This document shows positions 1 to 8,820 of a stretch of DNA of 52,507 nt, piece after piece. Positions within the stretch are counted from its first letter, which is position 1; each line of letters opens with the position of its first letter. The stretch comes from an uncultured Syntrophaceae bacterium (GTDB lineage Bacteria; Desulfobacterota; BSN033; UBA1163), in contig CAZMWF010000122.1 of assembly GCA_964570075.1 (NCBI GenBank), positions 1 to 52,507 on the forward strand, given 5' to 3'. The position numbers and the translations under genes were made by a program. Under the pieces are notes generated by a model. It had not been told where the DNA came from and did no database searches. It worked only from the letters and a program-made list of their open reading frames with translations.

Positions 1-198
1 GACAGGAGTATTTCCGAAACCCATAGAATGCGGATCAATTTATATATTTAACTAATACGAATCGATCCATCGTAGAGATAGGTTTCTGATTAAAACAAAC
101 GAAAGTTAAGATTTCTATGGACCATTTAAGGTAGCCGCACCACGGGTTTCTTCAATACCCCTCTCGGGCTTATCCTCCACCTCTGAGTGAGGGATTAC
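1..198 (+). mobile_element. MITE copy A, with its 5' ~37 bp cut off by the window start
   Basis: Aligns almost base-for-base with copies B, D and F, from GACAGGAGTATTTCCGAAACCCATAGAA to the 3' terminus CTGAGTGAGGGATTAC, which ends at 198. It has no ORF. The window starts inside the repeat. Confidence 0.85.
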
Positions 199-260
199 TC
201 CTTTTCCAATTCTGATCCTTTCCATTTTAAAAGAGATATGGTAAGAAGAATGAATTAAAA

Positions 261-1163
261 TTGTTTTGGAGAGTCATTTTGTCCTGGAGAGCTTTCCTGG
301 CCGTCCTCTTTTGGGGTTTTTCTTTTATCGGGACAAAGATTGTTTTAAGAGAGATTCATCCCTTTACCCTCCTTCCTATTCGTTATGGCCTTGGCTCTCT
401 ATTTTTGCTTTCTATCCAGTTGAGTCAAAATCGGTCTTTTTTTAAAGAATTCTCATCTCGAGATTGGATCTCCATTTTTATCCTCTCTTCAGTTGGAGTT
501 TCAGGGCTTGGCCTTCTTCAAGCCTTTGGACTCCTTTATACCACAGCGATTCATACAGGATGGATTATTGCAATCAATCCCCTCCTCATTACCCTGTCTG
601 CTCGTTTTTTTCTTGGAGAGGCCTTCACCATGAGAAAGATGATCGGAGTCCTTTCTGGTTTTGTAGGAGTCTTTCTTATCATTACAAAAGGGGTCTTTTC
701 CTTTTCTTTTTTTCGATTTACCTCTACCTACGGGGATTTTCTGGTTCTGTTGAGTGCTCTGGCTTGGACCGCATTTACCGTTGGTGGGAAGGGATTTCTA
801 TCCCGTTACGCTCCTATGCCCACGATCACGGCGATCATGCTTTCGGGATGGATCGTTCTTCTTCCATTAGGAGTTTTAAAAGGAGAGTGGGAAAGGCTCT
901 TTTATCTTTCCCTTCCTGCTTGGGGTGGAATTTTTTTTCTGGGTCTTTGTTGCTCAGGACTGGGTTATCTTTTCTGGTATTCTGCTCTTGAAAAAAGAGA
1001 TTCTACCACGGTGGGGGTCTATCTCTATTTTGAACCCCTCGCTACTCTCATAGGAGCCTACTTTCTATTAGGTGAAGAGATTCGATGGGTGACTCTTTTG
1101 GGGGGCGCAATGATTCTCTTCGGAGTCTTCATAGCCACCCAAAATTCAAGAAAAAAATATTGA
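261..1163 (+). CDS. EamA/DMT-family transporter
   Basis: 300-aa ORF that is hydrophobic throughout, with about 10 TM segments in two EamA-like halves (FWGFSFIGTKIVL and LSALAWTAFTVGGK). It starts at TTG, so the 5' end is uncertain. Confidence 0.8.
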   Translation: MFWRVILSWRAFLAVLFWGFSFIGTKIVLREIHPFTLLPIRYGLGSLFLLSIQLSQNRSFFKEFSSRDWISIFILSSVGVSGLGLLQAFGLLYTTAIHTGWIIAINPLLITLSARFFLGEAFTMRKMIGVLSGFVGVFLIITKGVFSFSFFRFTSTYGDFLVLLSALAWTAFTVGGKGFLSRYAPMPTITAIMLSGWIVLLPLGVLKGEWERLFYLSLPAWGGIFFLGLCCSGLGYLFWYSALEKRDSTTVGVYLYFEPLATLIGAYFLLGEEIRWVTLLGGAMILFGVFIATQNSRKKY

Positions 1164-1189
1164 CAATTCGATGGATTTAATGTTATCAA
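1160..1189 (+). promoter_or_regulatory. Sigma-70-like promoter for the cold-shock gene
   Basis: TTGACA (1160-1165), an 18-nt spacer, then an extended -10 TGtTATCAA (TG at 1181-1182, TATCAA at 1184-1189). It lies about 40 nt upstream of the csp start. Confidence 0.5.
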
Positions 1190-1228
1190 AATCGGCTGTA
1201 AGTTTCTTTTAGCAAGGAGGGTACGAGA

Positions 1229-1432
1229 TTGGCTAAGGGAAAGGTAAAGTGGTTTGATGCGAAGAAGGGTTATGGATTCATCAAACAACCCAATGGAGAA
1301 GATGTCTTTGTTCATTATTCAGGAATTGTGGGAGAGGGATTTAAATCCCTTCGCGCCGGAGAGGAGGTAGAGTTCGAGATTTCGGAAGGTCCCAAAGGAC
1401 CGCAAGCCACGAAAGTAGTCAAGACCTCCTAA
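1229..1432 (+). CDS. csp: Cold-shock domain protein (CspA family)
   Basis: 67 aa with [16 protein letters not shown] (RNP1) and VFVHYS (RNP2). TTG start 8 nt after AAGGAGG. Confidence 0.95.
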   Translation: MAKGKVKWFDAKKGYGFIKQPNGEDVFVHYSGIVGEGFKSLRAGEEVEFEISEGPKGPQATKVVKTS

Positions 1433-1462
1433 AGGTGAAAAAGAATTTTAATCGAATTTCCG

Positions 1463-1482
1463 TAAACACCTGTGGGTGTTTA
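1463..1482 (+). terminator. Hairpin downstream of csp, a possible weak terminator
   Basis: An 8-bp stem TAAACACC/GGTGTTTA with loop TGTG, 30 nt after the csp stop. It has no clear T-tract, so confidence is low. Confidence 0.3.
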
Positions 1483-1655
1483 AACTTCTATAAATCATAA
1501 CGTTTTGCATCAGGTCGTTAGAAAAGGGTTTTCGTTCTCTTTTCTGAAAAAGATTTTTATTCCTTCTCTTTTCAGGAATTCATCATTTTCCTTCCTTGGA
1601 TTGACATTCCTTACATCGCTCCATCCCTTTTGAAAGAGAGAAAGAAAAAAGGAAA

Positions 1656-3419
1656 ATGAGAGCCTTTAAGACCCTGTGGGAGGATCTTTCTCAAAATCGA
1701 TGGAGAATTGTTATCGGGCTTTTAGCCCTCCTCGTAGTGGATATCCTTCAGCTCTTCATTCCAAGGATTATAAAATTTAGCATCGATGATCTCACCGCAG
1801 GAGAGGTTTCACAAAAGAGGCTTCTTCTTTATGGGATTGAAATTTTTATTCTGGCTTTAGGAATTGGGGGATTTCGATATGTGTGGAGATATTATCTATT
1901 AGGGACGGCTCGAAAGATTGAGAAAGCCCTTCGAGACAGGCTTTTTCTTCATCTTCAAACCCTTTCCCCTTCCTATTTCCTCCGTTCCAAGGTCGGAGAT
2001 TTAATGGCCCATGCGATCAATGACATCGAAGCGGTTCGAATGGCATTGGCATTAGGGATGGTCTTTCTGACCGATACCCTTATCCTTGGAGTGTTCACCC
2101 TTTTCTTTATGATCTACATCCATCCCGAACTGACCCTCTATGCTATTTTACCCATGCCTTTCATCACGTTAATCACCCTATTTTTCAGCCGTTTCCTCCA
2201 CGAGCGATTTGAGACCTTACAAAAAACCTTTGCTCAGCTGACTGAAAGAATCAGAGAATCGATTTCCGCTATTCGAGTCATCCGGGCCTATGTCCAGGAG
2301 GAATGGGAGAAAAGGAGACTCTCCCATTTAAGCCAAGACTATTCGAAGAAGAGTCTTGAGGTCACACAAATCTGGGGGCTCTTTTTCCCCATCCTTCTCT
2401 TTTTATCCAATCTCTCAATGGTCATCGTCCTTTACATGGGAGGAAAATTCACCATCCTTCAAAAGATCTCTCCTGGAGACCTCATCGCCTTCATGAGCTA
2501 TCTTGGCCTTCTTACCTGGCCCATGATGGCTTTAGGATGGGCCATCAACCTGATTCAACGGGGAAAGGTCTCAATGGATCGAGTGAATCGAATCCTGATG
2601 GAAAAACCAGAGATCACCGATCTCCCAGGAGTCCTTCCTTTGAATTCCATTCAAGGGAGGATAGAGATAAAGGGTTTGACCTTTAAAATCGAGAATCACC
2701 AACCTCCTCTTCTCGATATCCTCCACTTAGAGATTCAAAAAGGAGAAAAGATCGTGATCGTGGGAAGGACCGGATCGGGGAAAACTACTCTCTGTCGGCT
2801 TTTAATTCGTCTCCTTGAATCTCCGATGGGTTCTATTTTTTATGATGGGGTAGAGATTCACCAGATTCCCCTCAGCGTATTGAGGAGCTCCATTGGATAT
2901 GTTCCTCAGGAAACCTTTCTCTTTTCAGACACCATTCGAGACAATATTACATTAGGAAGATCGGAAGCCACAGAAGAGGAGATTCAAGAAGTGATCCGGA
3001 TAGCTCAACTGGAAGAAGAGATAAGAAATTTTCCCGAAGGTCTTCAAACGATGCTCGGAGAGAAAGGGATCAACCTTTCAGGGGGACAGGCTCAGAGAGT
3101 GGCTATCGCGAGGGCCCTTCTCTTGAAACCTGAGATCTTTATTTTAGACAACGCCCTTTCTTCGGTGGACCTCCAGACCGAAGAAAGGATCCTCGAAGGA
3201 TTGGAGAGGGTTCTTAAAGGAAAGACCTTCATTCTCATCACCCATCGGGTCGCCCCTCTCAAGAGGGCGGACCGAATCATCGTTCTCGAAAAGGGAAAGG
3301 TCGTAGAGATAGGGGATCACCTGAGTCTTCTTACGATGGATGGAATATATGCAAAGCTTTATCGGGAGAAGGAGATGGAAGAAGAGCTGGAGAGAGAAAG
3401 GAATGGGAAGATGGAATAG
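1656..3419 (+). CDS. ABC exporter, fused permease/ATPase (type I exporter half-transporter)
   Basis: 587 aa with an N-terminal 6-TM domain, Walker A GRTGSGKTT, signature LSGGQAQR and Walker B IFILDNALS. Confidence 0.9.
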   Translation: MRAFKTLWEDLSQNRWRIVIGLLALLVVDILQLFIPRIIKFSIDDLTAGEVSQKRLLLYGIEIFILALGIGGFRYVWRYYLLGTARKIEKALRDRLFLHLQTLSPSYFLRSKVGDLMAHAINDIEAVRMALALGMVFLTDTLILGVFTLFFMIYIHPELTLYAILPMPFITLITLFFSRFLHERFETLQKTFAQLTERIRESISAIRVIRAYVQEEWEKRRLSHLSQDYSKKSLEVTQIWGLFFPILLFLSNLSMVIVLYMGGKFTILQKISPGDLIAFMSYLGLLTWPMMALGWAINLIQRGKVSMDRVNRILMEKPEITDLPGVLPLNSIQGRIEIKGLTFKIENHQPPLLDILHLEIQKGEKIVIVGRTGSGKTTLCRLLIRLLESPMGSIFYDGVEIHQIPLSVLRSSIGYVPQETFLFSDTIRDNITLGRSEATEEEIQEVIRIAQLEEEIRNFPEGLQTMLGEKGINLSGGQAQRVAIARALLLKPEIFILDNALSSVDLQTEERILEGLERVLKGKTFILITHRVAPLKRADRIIVLEKGKVVEIGDHLSLLTMDGIYAKLYREKEMEEELERERNGKME

Positions 3420-3434
3420 GGAAGTGAGGGAAGG

Positions 3435-5552
3435 ATGTATACGGATTATGGTTACATGGAGGAAGGGAAATTAGGAAGACCCTATGATCTCAGGCTGATG
3501 ATGGGGTTGAGGAGATTTCTCTCTCCTTATAAAAAATGGATCGGACTTTCTCTCCTCTTCGTTTTGATGATGACGGCTCTGGATTTATCCATTCCCTATC
3601 TCACTAAAGAAGCCATTGATCGGTATATCCTTGTCTCTGCGAGGGAAGTTTATTTGAGTCAGAAAGGATCCCCCGAGGAAGAGGAATTAATCGAAAGATA
3701 TCGTTGCTTTTTTATTCCCACAAAAGAGAAAGGGCGGTTTTTTCTCTCTCCAGAAGTGGCGAGAAAGATGGACCGAAGGGAGATGTCTCGATTCCAAAAG
3801 GCCGGTCTCCTCACGGAGAAGCGATACACTCCCTTCCACCCCTCCGATGAGAAAGACCTCTCATTCATCTCCAAGTACCCTTCTTTTTTTGAAAAGGGTG
3901 GGCCGCATTGGTTCATTCCTTTCGATCGAGTGAAAGAGATGGAGAAGGAGGATCGAATCCTCCTTCGAAGAAAAGACATCCAAGGGCTTCTCCACTTGGT
4001 CCTTCTCATGCTCGGGATCCTGGCGTTTCATTTTGGGTTAAACTTCTTTCAGGTCTATACGATGGAGATCGCCGGACAGAGAATGATGCATGATTTGAGA
4101 ATGGAGCTCTTTAGCCACCTCCAAACCCTTCCTACCGCTTTCTTTGAGAAGAACCCTGTTGGAAGATTGGTCACTCGACTCACCAATGACATTCAGAATG
4201 TCCATGAGATGTTTACCTCTGTCCTGGTCTACCTTTTTAAAGATCTCATCCTCCTCTTAGGAATTATTTTCCTTCTCCTTTATCTCCATTTAGAATTGGC
4301 CCTCATTTCCTTTATCGTTCTTCCTCTCATCTTCTTTACCACGTTTGTTTTTAGTCATCGAGCCAGGGATGCCTTTCGGGAGATCCGCTTTAAGATTGCC
4401 CAGATGAATGCCTTCCTCCAGGAAAATTTTTCAGGGATTCAGGTGGTTCAGCTCTTTCGACGAGAAGGGCAACAGGCCAGGCGTTTCCAAAAGATCAATG
4501 AGGATCACTGTGAGGCCAATCTCAGGCAGATCTCCATTTATGCCTTTTTTGTTCCTCTGGTAGAAGTGTTGAATTCAGGAGCCATCGGTCTTTTGGTCTG
4601 GTACGGAGGAGGGAAGGTCATTCAGGAGGCGATCAGCCTGGGGGTGCTGGTTGCCTTTCTTTCTTATCTTCGTATGTTTTTTCAACCCATTCGGGATCTC
4701 TCAGAAAAATATAATGTGATGCAATCGGCCATCGCCTCTTTGGAAAGGATCTTTGGCCTTCTTGAGACAGAGGGAAGGGAAAAGACCTTTCCTTCCCCCC
4801 GTGAAGTACCGATAAAGGGACGGATCGATTTTCAGGGGGTTTCTTTTGCCTATGATGAAAGGGAGAGAGTCCTTCACGAAGTCTCCTTCTCGATCAAGGA
4901 AGGTGAGATTGTAGCCATTGTGGGACCAACAGGAGCTGGGAAGACCTCTCTCCTCCTGCTTCTTGAGAGATTTTATGATCCCCAGGAGGGATCGATTTTC
5001 ATAGATGGGATCGATCTTCGACAATGGGATCCAAAAACCCTTCGTTCCCAGATAGGGTTTGTCATGCAGGATCCCTTTCTTTTTTCAGGGAATATCATCG
5101 AAAATATCCGACTCGGCAATGGAGAGGATGTAGAACGGGTCAAAGAAGTAGCTCGGATGGTGAGAGCGGATCCGTTCATTAGAAGGCTTCCGAGAGGATA
5201 TGAGACTCTCGTCGGGGAAGGAGGAGAGAGATTATCGGCGGGAGAACGTCAGCTTCTGGCCTTTGCAAGGGCTTTGTATCAACATCCCAGAATTCTCCTT
5301 TTGGATGAAGCCACCTCCCATGTGGATCCGGAAACCGAACATTGGATTCAAGAAGGATTAAAAGTCCTTTTCAAAAACAGAACGGTCCTGGTCGTGGCTC
5401 ATCGCCTGACGACCATCCACCGTGCGGATCGGATCATTGTCCTTCATAAAGGTCGAGTTCGGGAGATGGGAACCCATCGTGAGTTGATCCAGAAAAAGGG
5501 GCTCTATTTTCGACTCTATCAACTCCAGTTTTCTCATTCCATCAAACATTGA
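3435..5552 (+). CDS. ABC exporter, fused permease/ATPase, the partner half-transporter, with a large TM1-TM2 loop insert
   Basis: 705 aa with Walker A GPTGAGKTS, signature LSAGERQ and Walker B ILLLDEATS. About 120 hydrophilic residues lie between the first two TM helices. Confidence 0.9.
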   Translation: MYTDYGYMEEGKLGRPYDLRLMMGLRRFLSPYKKWIGLSLLFVLMMTALDLSIPYLTKEAIDRYILVSAREVYLSQKGSPEEEELIERYRCFFIPTKEKGRFFLSPEVARKMDRREMSRFQKAGLLTEKRYTPFHPSDEKDLSFISKYPSFFEKGGPHWFIPFDRVKEMEKEDRILLRRKDIQGLLHLVLLMLGILAFHFGLNFFQVYTMEIAGQRMMHDLRMELFSHLQTLPTAFFEKNPVGRLVTRLTNDIQNVHEMFTSVLVYLFKDLILLLGIIFLLLYLHLELALISFIVLPLIFFTTFVFSHRARDAFREIRFKIAQMNAFLQENFSGIQVVQLFRREGQQARRFQKINEDHCEANLRQISIYAFFVPLVEVLNSGAIGLLVWYGGGKVIQEAISLGVLVAFLSYLRMFFQPIRDLSEKYNVMQSAIASLERIFGLLETEGREKTFPSPREVPIKGRIDFQGVSFAYDERERVLHEVSFSIKEGEIVAIVGPTGAGKTSLLLLLERFYDPQEGSIFIDGIDLRQWDPKTLRSQIGFVMQDPFLFSGNIIENIRLGNGEDVERVKEVARMVRADPFIRRLPRGYETLVGEGGERLSAGERQLLAFARALYQHPRILLLDEATSHVDPETEHWIQEGLKVLFKNRTVLVVAHRLTTIHRADRIIVLHKGRVREMGTHRELIQKKGLYFRLYQLQFSHSIKH

Positions 5553-5573
5553 AAGGGTGAATCGACGTTCTTC

Positions 5574-5808
5574 GTAATGCCTCACTGAAGCGGGGAAATC
5601 ATTTTAAGCCCGACAGGAGTATTTCCGAAACCCATAGAACGCGGATGGATTGAATATAAATAGAGTATACGAATCGATCCATTGTTGAAATGGGCTTCTG
5701 ATTAAAACCAACCAAAGTAAGGAGTTCTATGGACCATTTAAGGTAGCCGCACTTTGGGTTTCTCCAATACCCCTCTCGGGCTTATTCCCCATCTGAGTGA
5801 GGGATTAC
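5574..5808 (+). mobile_element. MITE copy B (full length, 235 bp)
   Basis: Termini are GTAATGCCTCAC ... GTGAGGGATTAC. A perfect 8-bp direct repeat CGTTCTTC flanks it at 5566-5573 and 5809-5816. It has no ORF and is about 85-90% identical by eye to copies A, D and F. Confidence 0.9.
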
Positions 5809-5827
5809 CGTTCTTCCTACCTCTGGG

Positions 5828-5857
5828 TTGACAAATGATTCCCCTTCATCCTATATA
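5828..5857 (+). promoter_or_regulatory. Sigma-70-like promoter, possibly producing a leaderless mRNA
   Basis: TTGACA (5828-5833), an 18-nt spacer, then TATATA (5852-5857). The ATG at 5864 lies 6 nt after the -10 and has no Shine-Dalgarno sequence. Confidence 0.5.
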
Positions 5858-5863
5858 GTGAGT

Positions 5864-6073
5864 ATGGAGGAAGAAAAAGAGGGACCCTCAAAGGAGATTT
5901 CATCGGGAGAGAAGAAGCGAGAGATCGACCTCAATGCCCTCTTCCCGGAAAGGGGGTATGATCTCAATCGACTTTTTCCAGATGACGAAACCAAGAGGTT
6001 TCTCTATGAATTGAAGAGAAACAAAAAGGAGATTGAACGATTGATCAAGAGCCTTGATCTTGAGGAGGATTAG
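5864..6073 (+). CDS. Small acidic hypothetical protein, probably coiled-coil
   Basis: 69 aa counted from ATG 5864. The track ORF starts at TTG 5828, which coincides with the -35 hexamer. The sequence is rich in K, E and D. Its TAG stop abuts the ATG of the next ORF. Confidence 0.4.
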   Translation: MEEEKEGPSKEISSGEKKREIDLNALFPERGYDLNRLFPDDETKRFLYELKRNKKEIERLIKSLDLEED

Positions 6074-6298
6074 ATGAGATGCCCTCAATGTGAGACCCTC
6101 CTTCCATTTATTCTCTGTGAGGTATGTGGTGGGGAGACACCGGAAGGAAGCCACTATTGTTGTCAATGTGGTCATCCTCTGAGCAGAGAAGAGACGGAAA
6201 AGAGTCTCTCTGAGAGGATTCCTTGCGTGGATGGGACCTGTATCGGAACAATCAATGAAAAAGGCGTCTGCAGTATTTGTGGAAAGCCTTATCCATAG
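6074..6298 (+). CDS. Zinc-ribbon domain protein
   Basis: 74 aa with CxxC pairs: CPQC, CEVC, CCQC and CSIC. Its start is immediately adjacent to the upstream stop, which suggests translational coupling. Confidence 0.6.
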   Translation: MRCPQCETLLPFILCEVCGGETPEGSHYCCQCGHPLSREETEKSLSERIPCVDGTCIGTINEKGVCSICGKPYP

Positions 6299-6310
6299 AG
6301 GCCTCGCCCA

Positions 6311-6339
6311 TTGACAGGGAAGGGAAGAGTGATTATTTT
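6311..6339 (+). promoter_or_regulatory. Sigma-70-like promoter upstream of lon
   Basis: TTGACA (6311-6316), a 17-nt spacer, then TATTTT (6334-6339). Confidence 0.4.
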
Positions 6340-6377
6340 TGTTAAGGATTCCAATTTGTTTGATAAAGGAGGAAAAG

Positions 6378-8807
6378 ATGATCTTTGTGCCCAAAATGGG
6401 TGCGGATAAGGAAGGGAAAGGAAAAGAGGAAAAGATTGAAGTCCCTTCCGAGCTTCCCGTCCTTCCCTTAAGAGGAACGGTTCTTTACCCTGATTTGATT
6501 TTACCCATTATGGTGGGAAGGAAGAGGTCTGTGAAATTGATCGATGATGCCATGGATTCGAATCGCATCATCGCGGTCGTCACTCAAAAGAGGTCGGAGA
6601 TTGAGGATCCCAAAGAGAGCGATCTCTACTCGGTGGGGGTCGCTGCCTTGATCCTCCGGATGATCCGGGAACTGGACGGAAGTCAGCGGGTCATTGTCCA
6701 GGGAATTTCGAGGATTAAGGTGAAGGAGTATGTCCAGAGGGATCCTTATTATAAGGCCCGGATCGAGGTTCTTGAAGAAGGGGTGGCCCAGGGGGTGGAG
6801 ATAGAGGCCCTGATGATGAATCTTAAACACCTCTTCCAGAGGGCCGTCGAACTGGCTCCCTACCTTACCGCGGATCTGGGGACCATGGTGAACAATGTAA
6901 AGTCCCCTTCCATTTTAGCCGATCTGATTGCCTCAAACCTTAATATCTCCACCAATGAAAAACAAGGAATTCTTGAGACCACCGATGTTCGTGAGAGATT
7001 GACAAAGGTCCATCTCCTTCTGAACAAAGAGGTTCAGATCCTTGAACTGGGCAACAAGATTCAGTCCCAGGTCAAGGAGGATATGGATCGAACTCAGAGG
7101 GAATATTACCTCAGGGAGCAGTTAAAAGCGATTAAGAAAGAACTCGGGGAGTTGGATGAGCACTCTACCGAAATCAAGGAATTGAAAGAGAAGATCAAAA
7201 AGGCAAAGATGCCTCCGGAAGTCGTTGCGGCTGCGGAAAAGGAGTTGGAACGCCTGGCTAAAATTCCTCCTGCCTCCGCTGAATATACGGTGGCGCGAAC
7301 CTATCTGGATTGGTTAGTCGAACTTCCATGGTCAGAGTCCACCGAGGATAATCTTGACATCCATAATGCCCAGAAGATTCTCGATGAGGATCACTATGAC
7401 TTGGAGAAGGTGAAGAAACGAATCTTGGAATATTTGGCGGTTCGGAAACTGAAGGCGGATATGAAAGGGCCCATCCTCTGTTTCGTCGGTCCACCAGGGG
7501 TTGGGAAGACTTCCCTCGGTCGATCCATTGCCCGTGCCATGGGTCGAAAATTTATTCGGATCTCTTTAGGAGGAGTGAGGGACGAGGCGGAGATCCGTGG
7601 ACACCGAAGGACTTATGTTGGAGCCCTTCCTGGCCGGATCATTCAAGGGATCAAGAAAGCGGGTTCCAATAACCCTGTCTTTATGCTTGACGAAGTGGAC
7701 AAGATAGGGATGGATTTCCGAGGAGATCCCTCCTCTGCCCTCCTGGAAGTCCTGGATCCGGAGCAAAACTTCTCTTTTTCGGACCATTATATCGATCTTC
7801 CTTTCGATCTTTCAAAGGTCATGTTTATCACGACCGCCAATATTCTGGATACCATTCCTCCTGCCCTGAGGGATCGGATGGAAACCTTAGAGCTTCCGGG
7901 TTACAGCGAAGATCAGAAGATGATGATTGCCAAGCAATTCCTTATTCCCAAGCAGATTAATGAACACGGATTGACGACTGAGCACATCGAATTTACGGAC
8001 GAAGCCATTCAGCTCATCATTAGTTCCTATACTCGAGAGGCGGGGGTGAGAAATCTCGAGAGGGAGATTGCAGCGATCTGTCGGGGAGTGGCGAAAGATG
8101 TGGCCTCTGGAAATAACAAGGAGAAGGTCGTGATCACGGCTGAAAATATCCATAAATTTTTAGGGCCTGTCAAATTCTTCCCCGAAGTGGCCGAACGGAC
8201 ATCCGAGCCGGGGGTAGCCACGGGCCTGGCCTGGACTCCTACTGGAGGCGATATCATTTTTGTCGAGGCGACCAAAATGAGAGGGGAAAAGGGATTGACC
8301 CTTACCGGTCAATTAGGGGATGTGATGAAAGAGTCAGCTCAGGCCGCCCTCGCTTATGTGCGAAGCAAATCCAAAGAGTTAGGAATTGAGGAGGATTTCT
8401 TCGAGAAGAACGATATCCATATCCATGTTCCGGCAGGGGCCATCCCGAAAGATGGACCTTCCGCTGGAATTACGATGTTTGTTGCCCTGACCTCCCTTTT
8501 AACCAACAAACCCGTGCGGAGCGATGTGGCTATGACTGGGGAAATTACCTTAAGGGGATTGGTCTTACCGGTGGGAGGGATTAAGGAGAAAGTTCTGGCT
8601 GCCATGAGGGCAGGGATCAAGACCATCATCTTACCCAAAAAGAATGAAAAGGATCTGGAAGAGATCCCTGAACATATTCGAAGCCAGATGAATTTTAAAT
8701 TTATTCAGAGGATGGATGAGGCCATTGAGATCGCCCTCAGGCAAGACGAGCCCCGCACGGAAATCCCTCATCATGAACAGCCACTGATGAGTCCCCCTGC
8801 TGGATAA
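6378..8807 (+). CDS. lon: ATP-dependent Lon protease
   Basis: Walker A GPPGVGKTS and the catalytic-Ser region PKDGPSAGITM, with an N-terminal LON substrate-binding domain. AGGAGG lies 5 nt upstream of ATG 6378; the track ORF begins earlier, at TTG 6339. Confidence 0.95.
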   Translation: MIFVPKMGADKEGKGKEEKIEVPSELPVLPLRGTVLYPDLILPIMVGRKRSVKLIDDAMDSNRIIAVVTQKRSEIEDPKESDLYSVGVAALILRMIRELDGSQRVIVQGISRIKVKEYVQRDPYYKARIEVLEEGVAQGVEIEALMMNLKHLFQRAVELAPYLTADLGTMVNNVKSPSILADLIASNLNISTNEKQGILETTDVRERLTKVHLLLNKEVQILELGNKIQSQVKEDMDRTQREYYLREQLKAIKKELGELDEHSTEIKELKEKIKKAKMPPEVVAAAEKELERLAKIPPASAEYTVARTYLDWLVELPWSESTEDNLDIHNAQKILDEDHYDLEKVKKRILEYLAVRKLKADMKGPILCFVGPPGVGKTSLGRSIARAMGRKFIRISLGGVRDEAEIRGHRRTYVGALPGRIIQGIKKAGSNNPVFMLDEVDKIGMDFRGDPSSALLEVLDPEQNFSFSDHYIDLPFDLSKVMFITTANILDTIPPALRDRMETLELPGYSEDQKMMIAKQFLIPKQINEHGLTTEHIEFTDEAIQLIISSYTREAGVRNLEREIAAICRGVAKDVASGNNKEKVVITAENIHKFLGPVKFFPEVAERTSEPGVATGLAWTPTGGDIIFVEATKMRGEKGLTLTGQLGDVMKESAQAALAYVRSKSKELGIEEDFFEKNDIHIHVPAGAIPKDGPSAGITMFVALTSLLTNKPVRSDVAMTGEITLRGLVLPVGGIKEKVLAAMRAGIKTIILPKKNEKDLEEIPEHIRSQMNFKFIQRMDEAIEIALRQDEPRTEIPHHEQPLMSPPAG

Positions 8808-8820
8808 TGGTGGACGCCCT

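Noticed and set aside
464-991. 175-aa alternative-frame ORF inside the EamA gene, plus many similar nested or antisense track ORFs (for example 1058-1315, 3659-4009, 13755-14234, 28509-28901, 43124-43603)
   Set aside because: They overlap longer ORFs that carry recognisable family motifs. Their translations are Arg/Ser/Pro-rich, which is typical of off-frame reading.
5900-6394. 164-aa minus-strand ORF opposite the small acidic and zinc-ribbon ORFs
   Set aside because: It is antisense to a + strand ORF with clear paired CxxC zinc-ribbon motifs and to the lon RBS and start. Its sequence is low-complexity and not protein-like, and it would run through the lon promoter.
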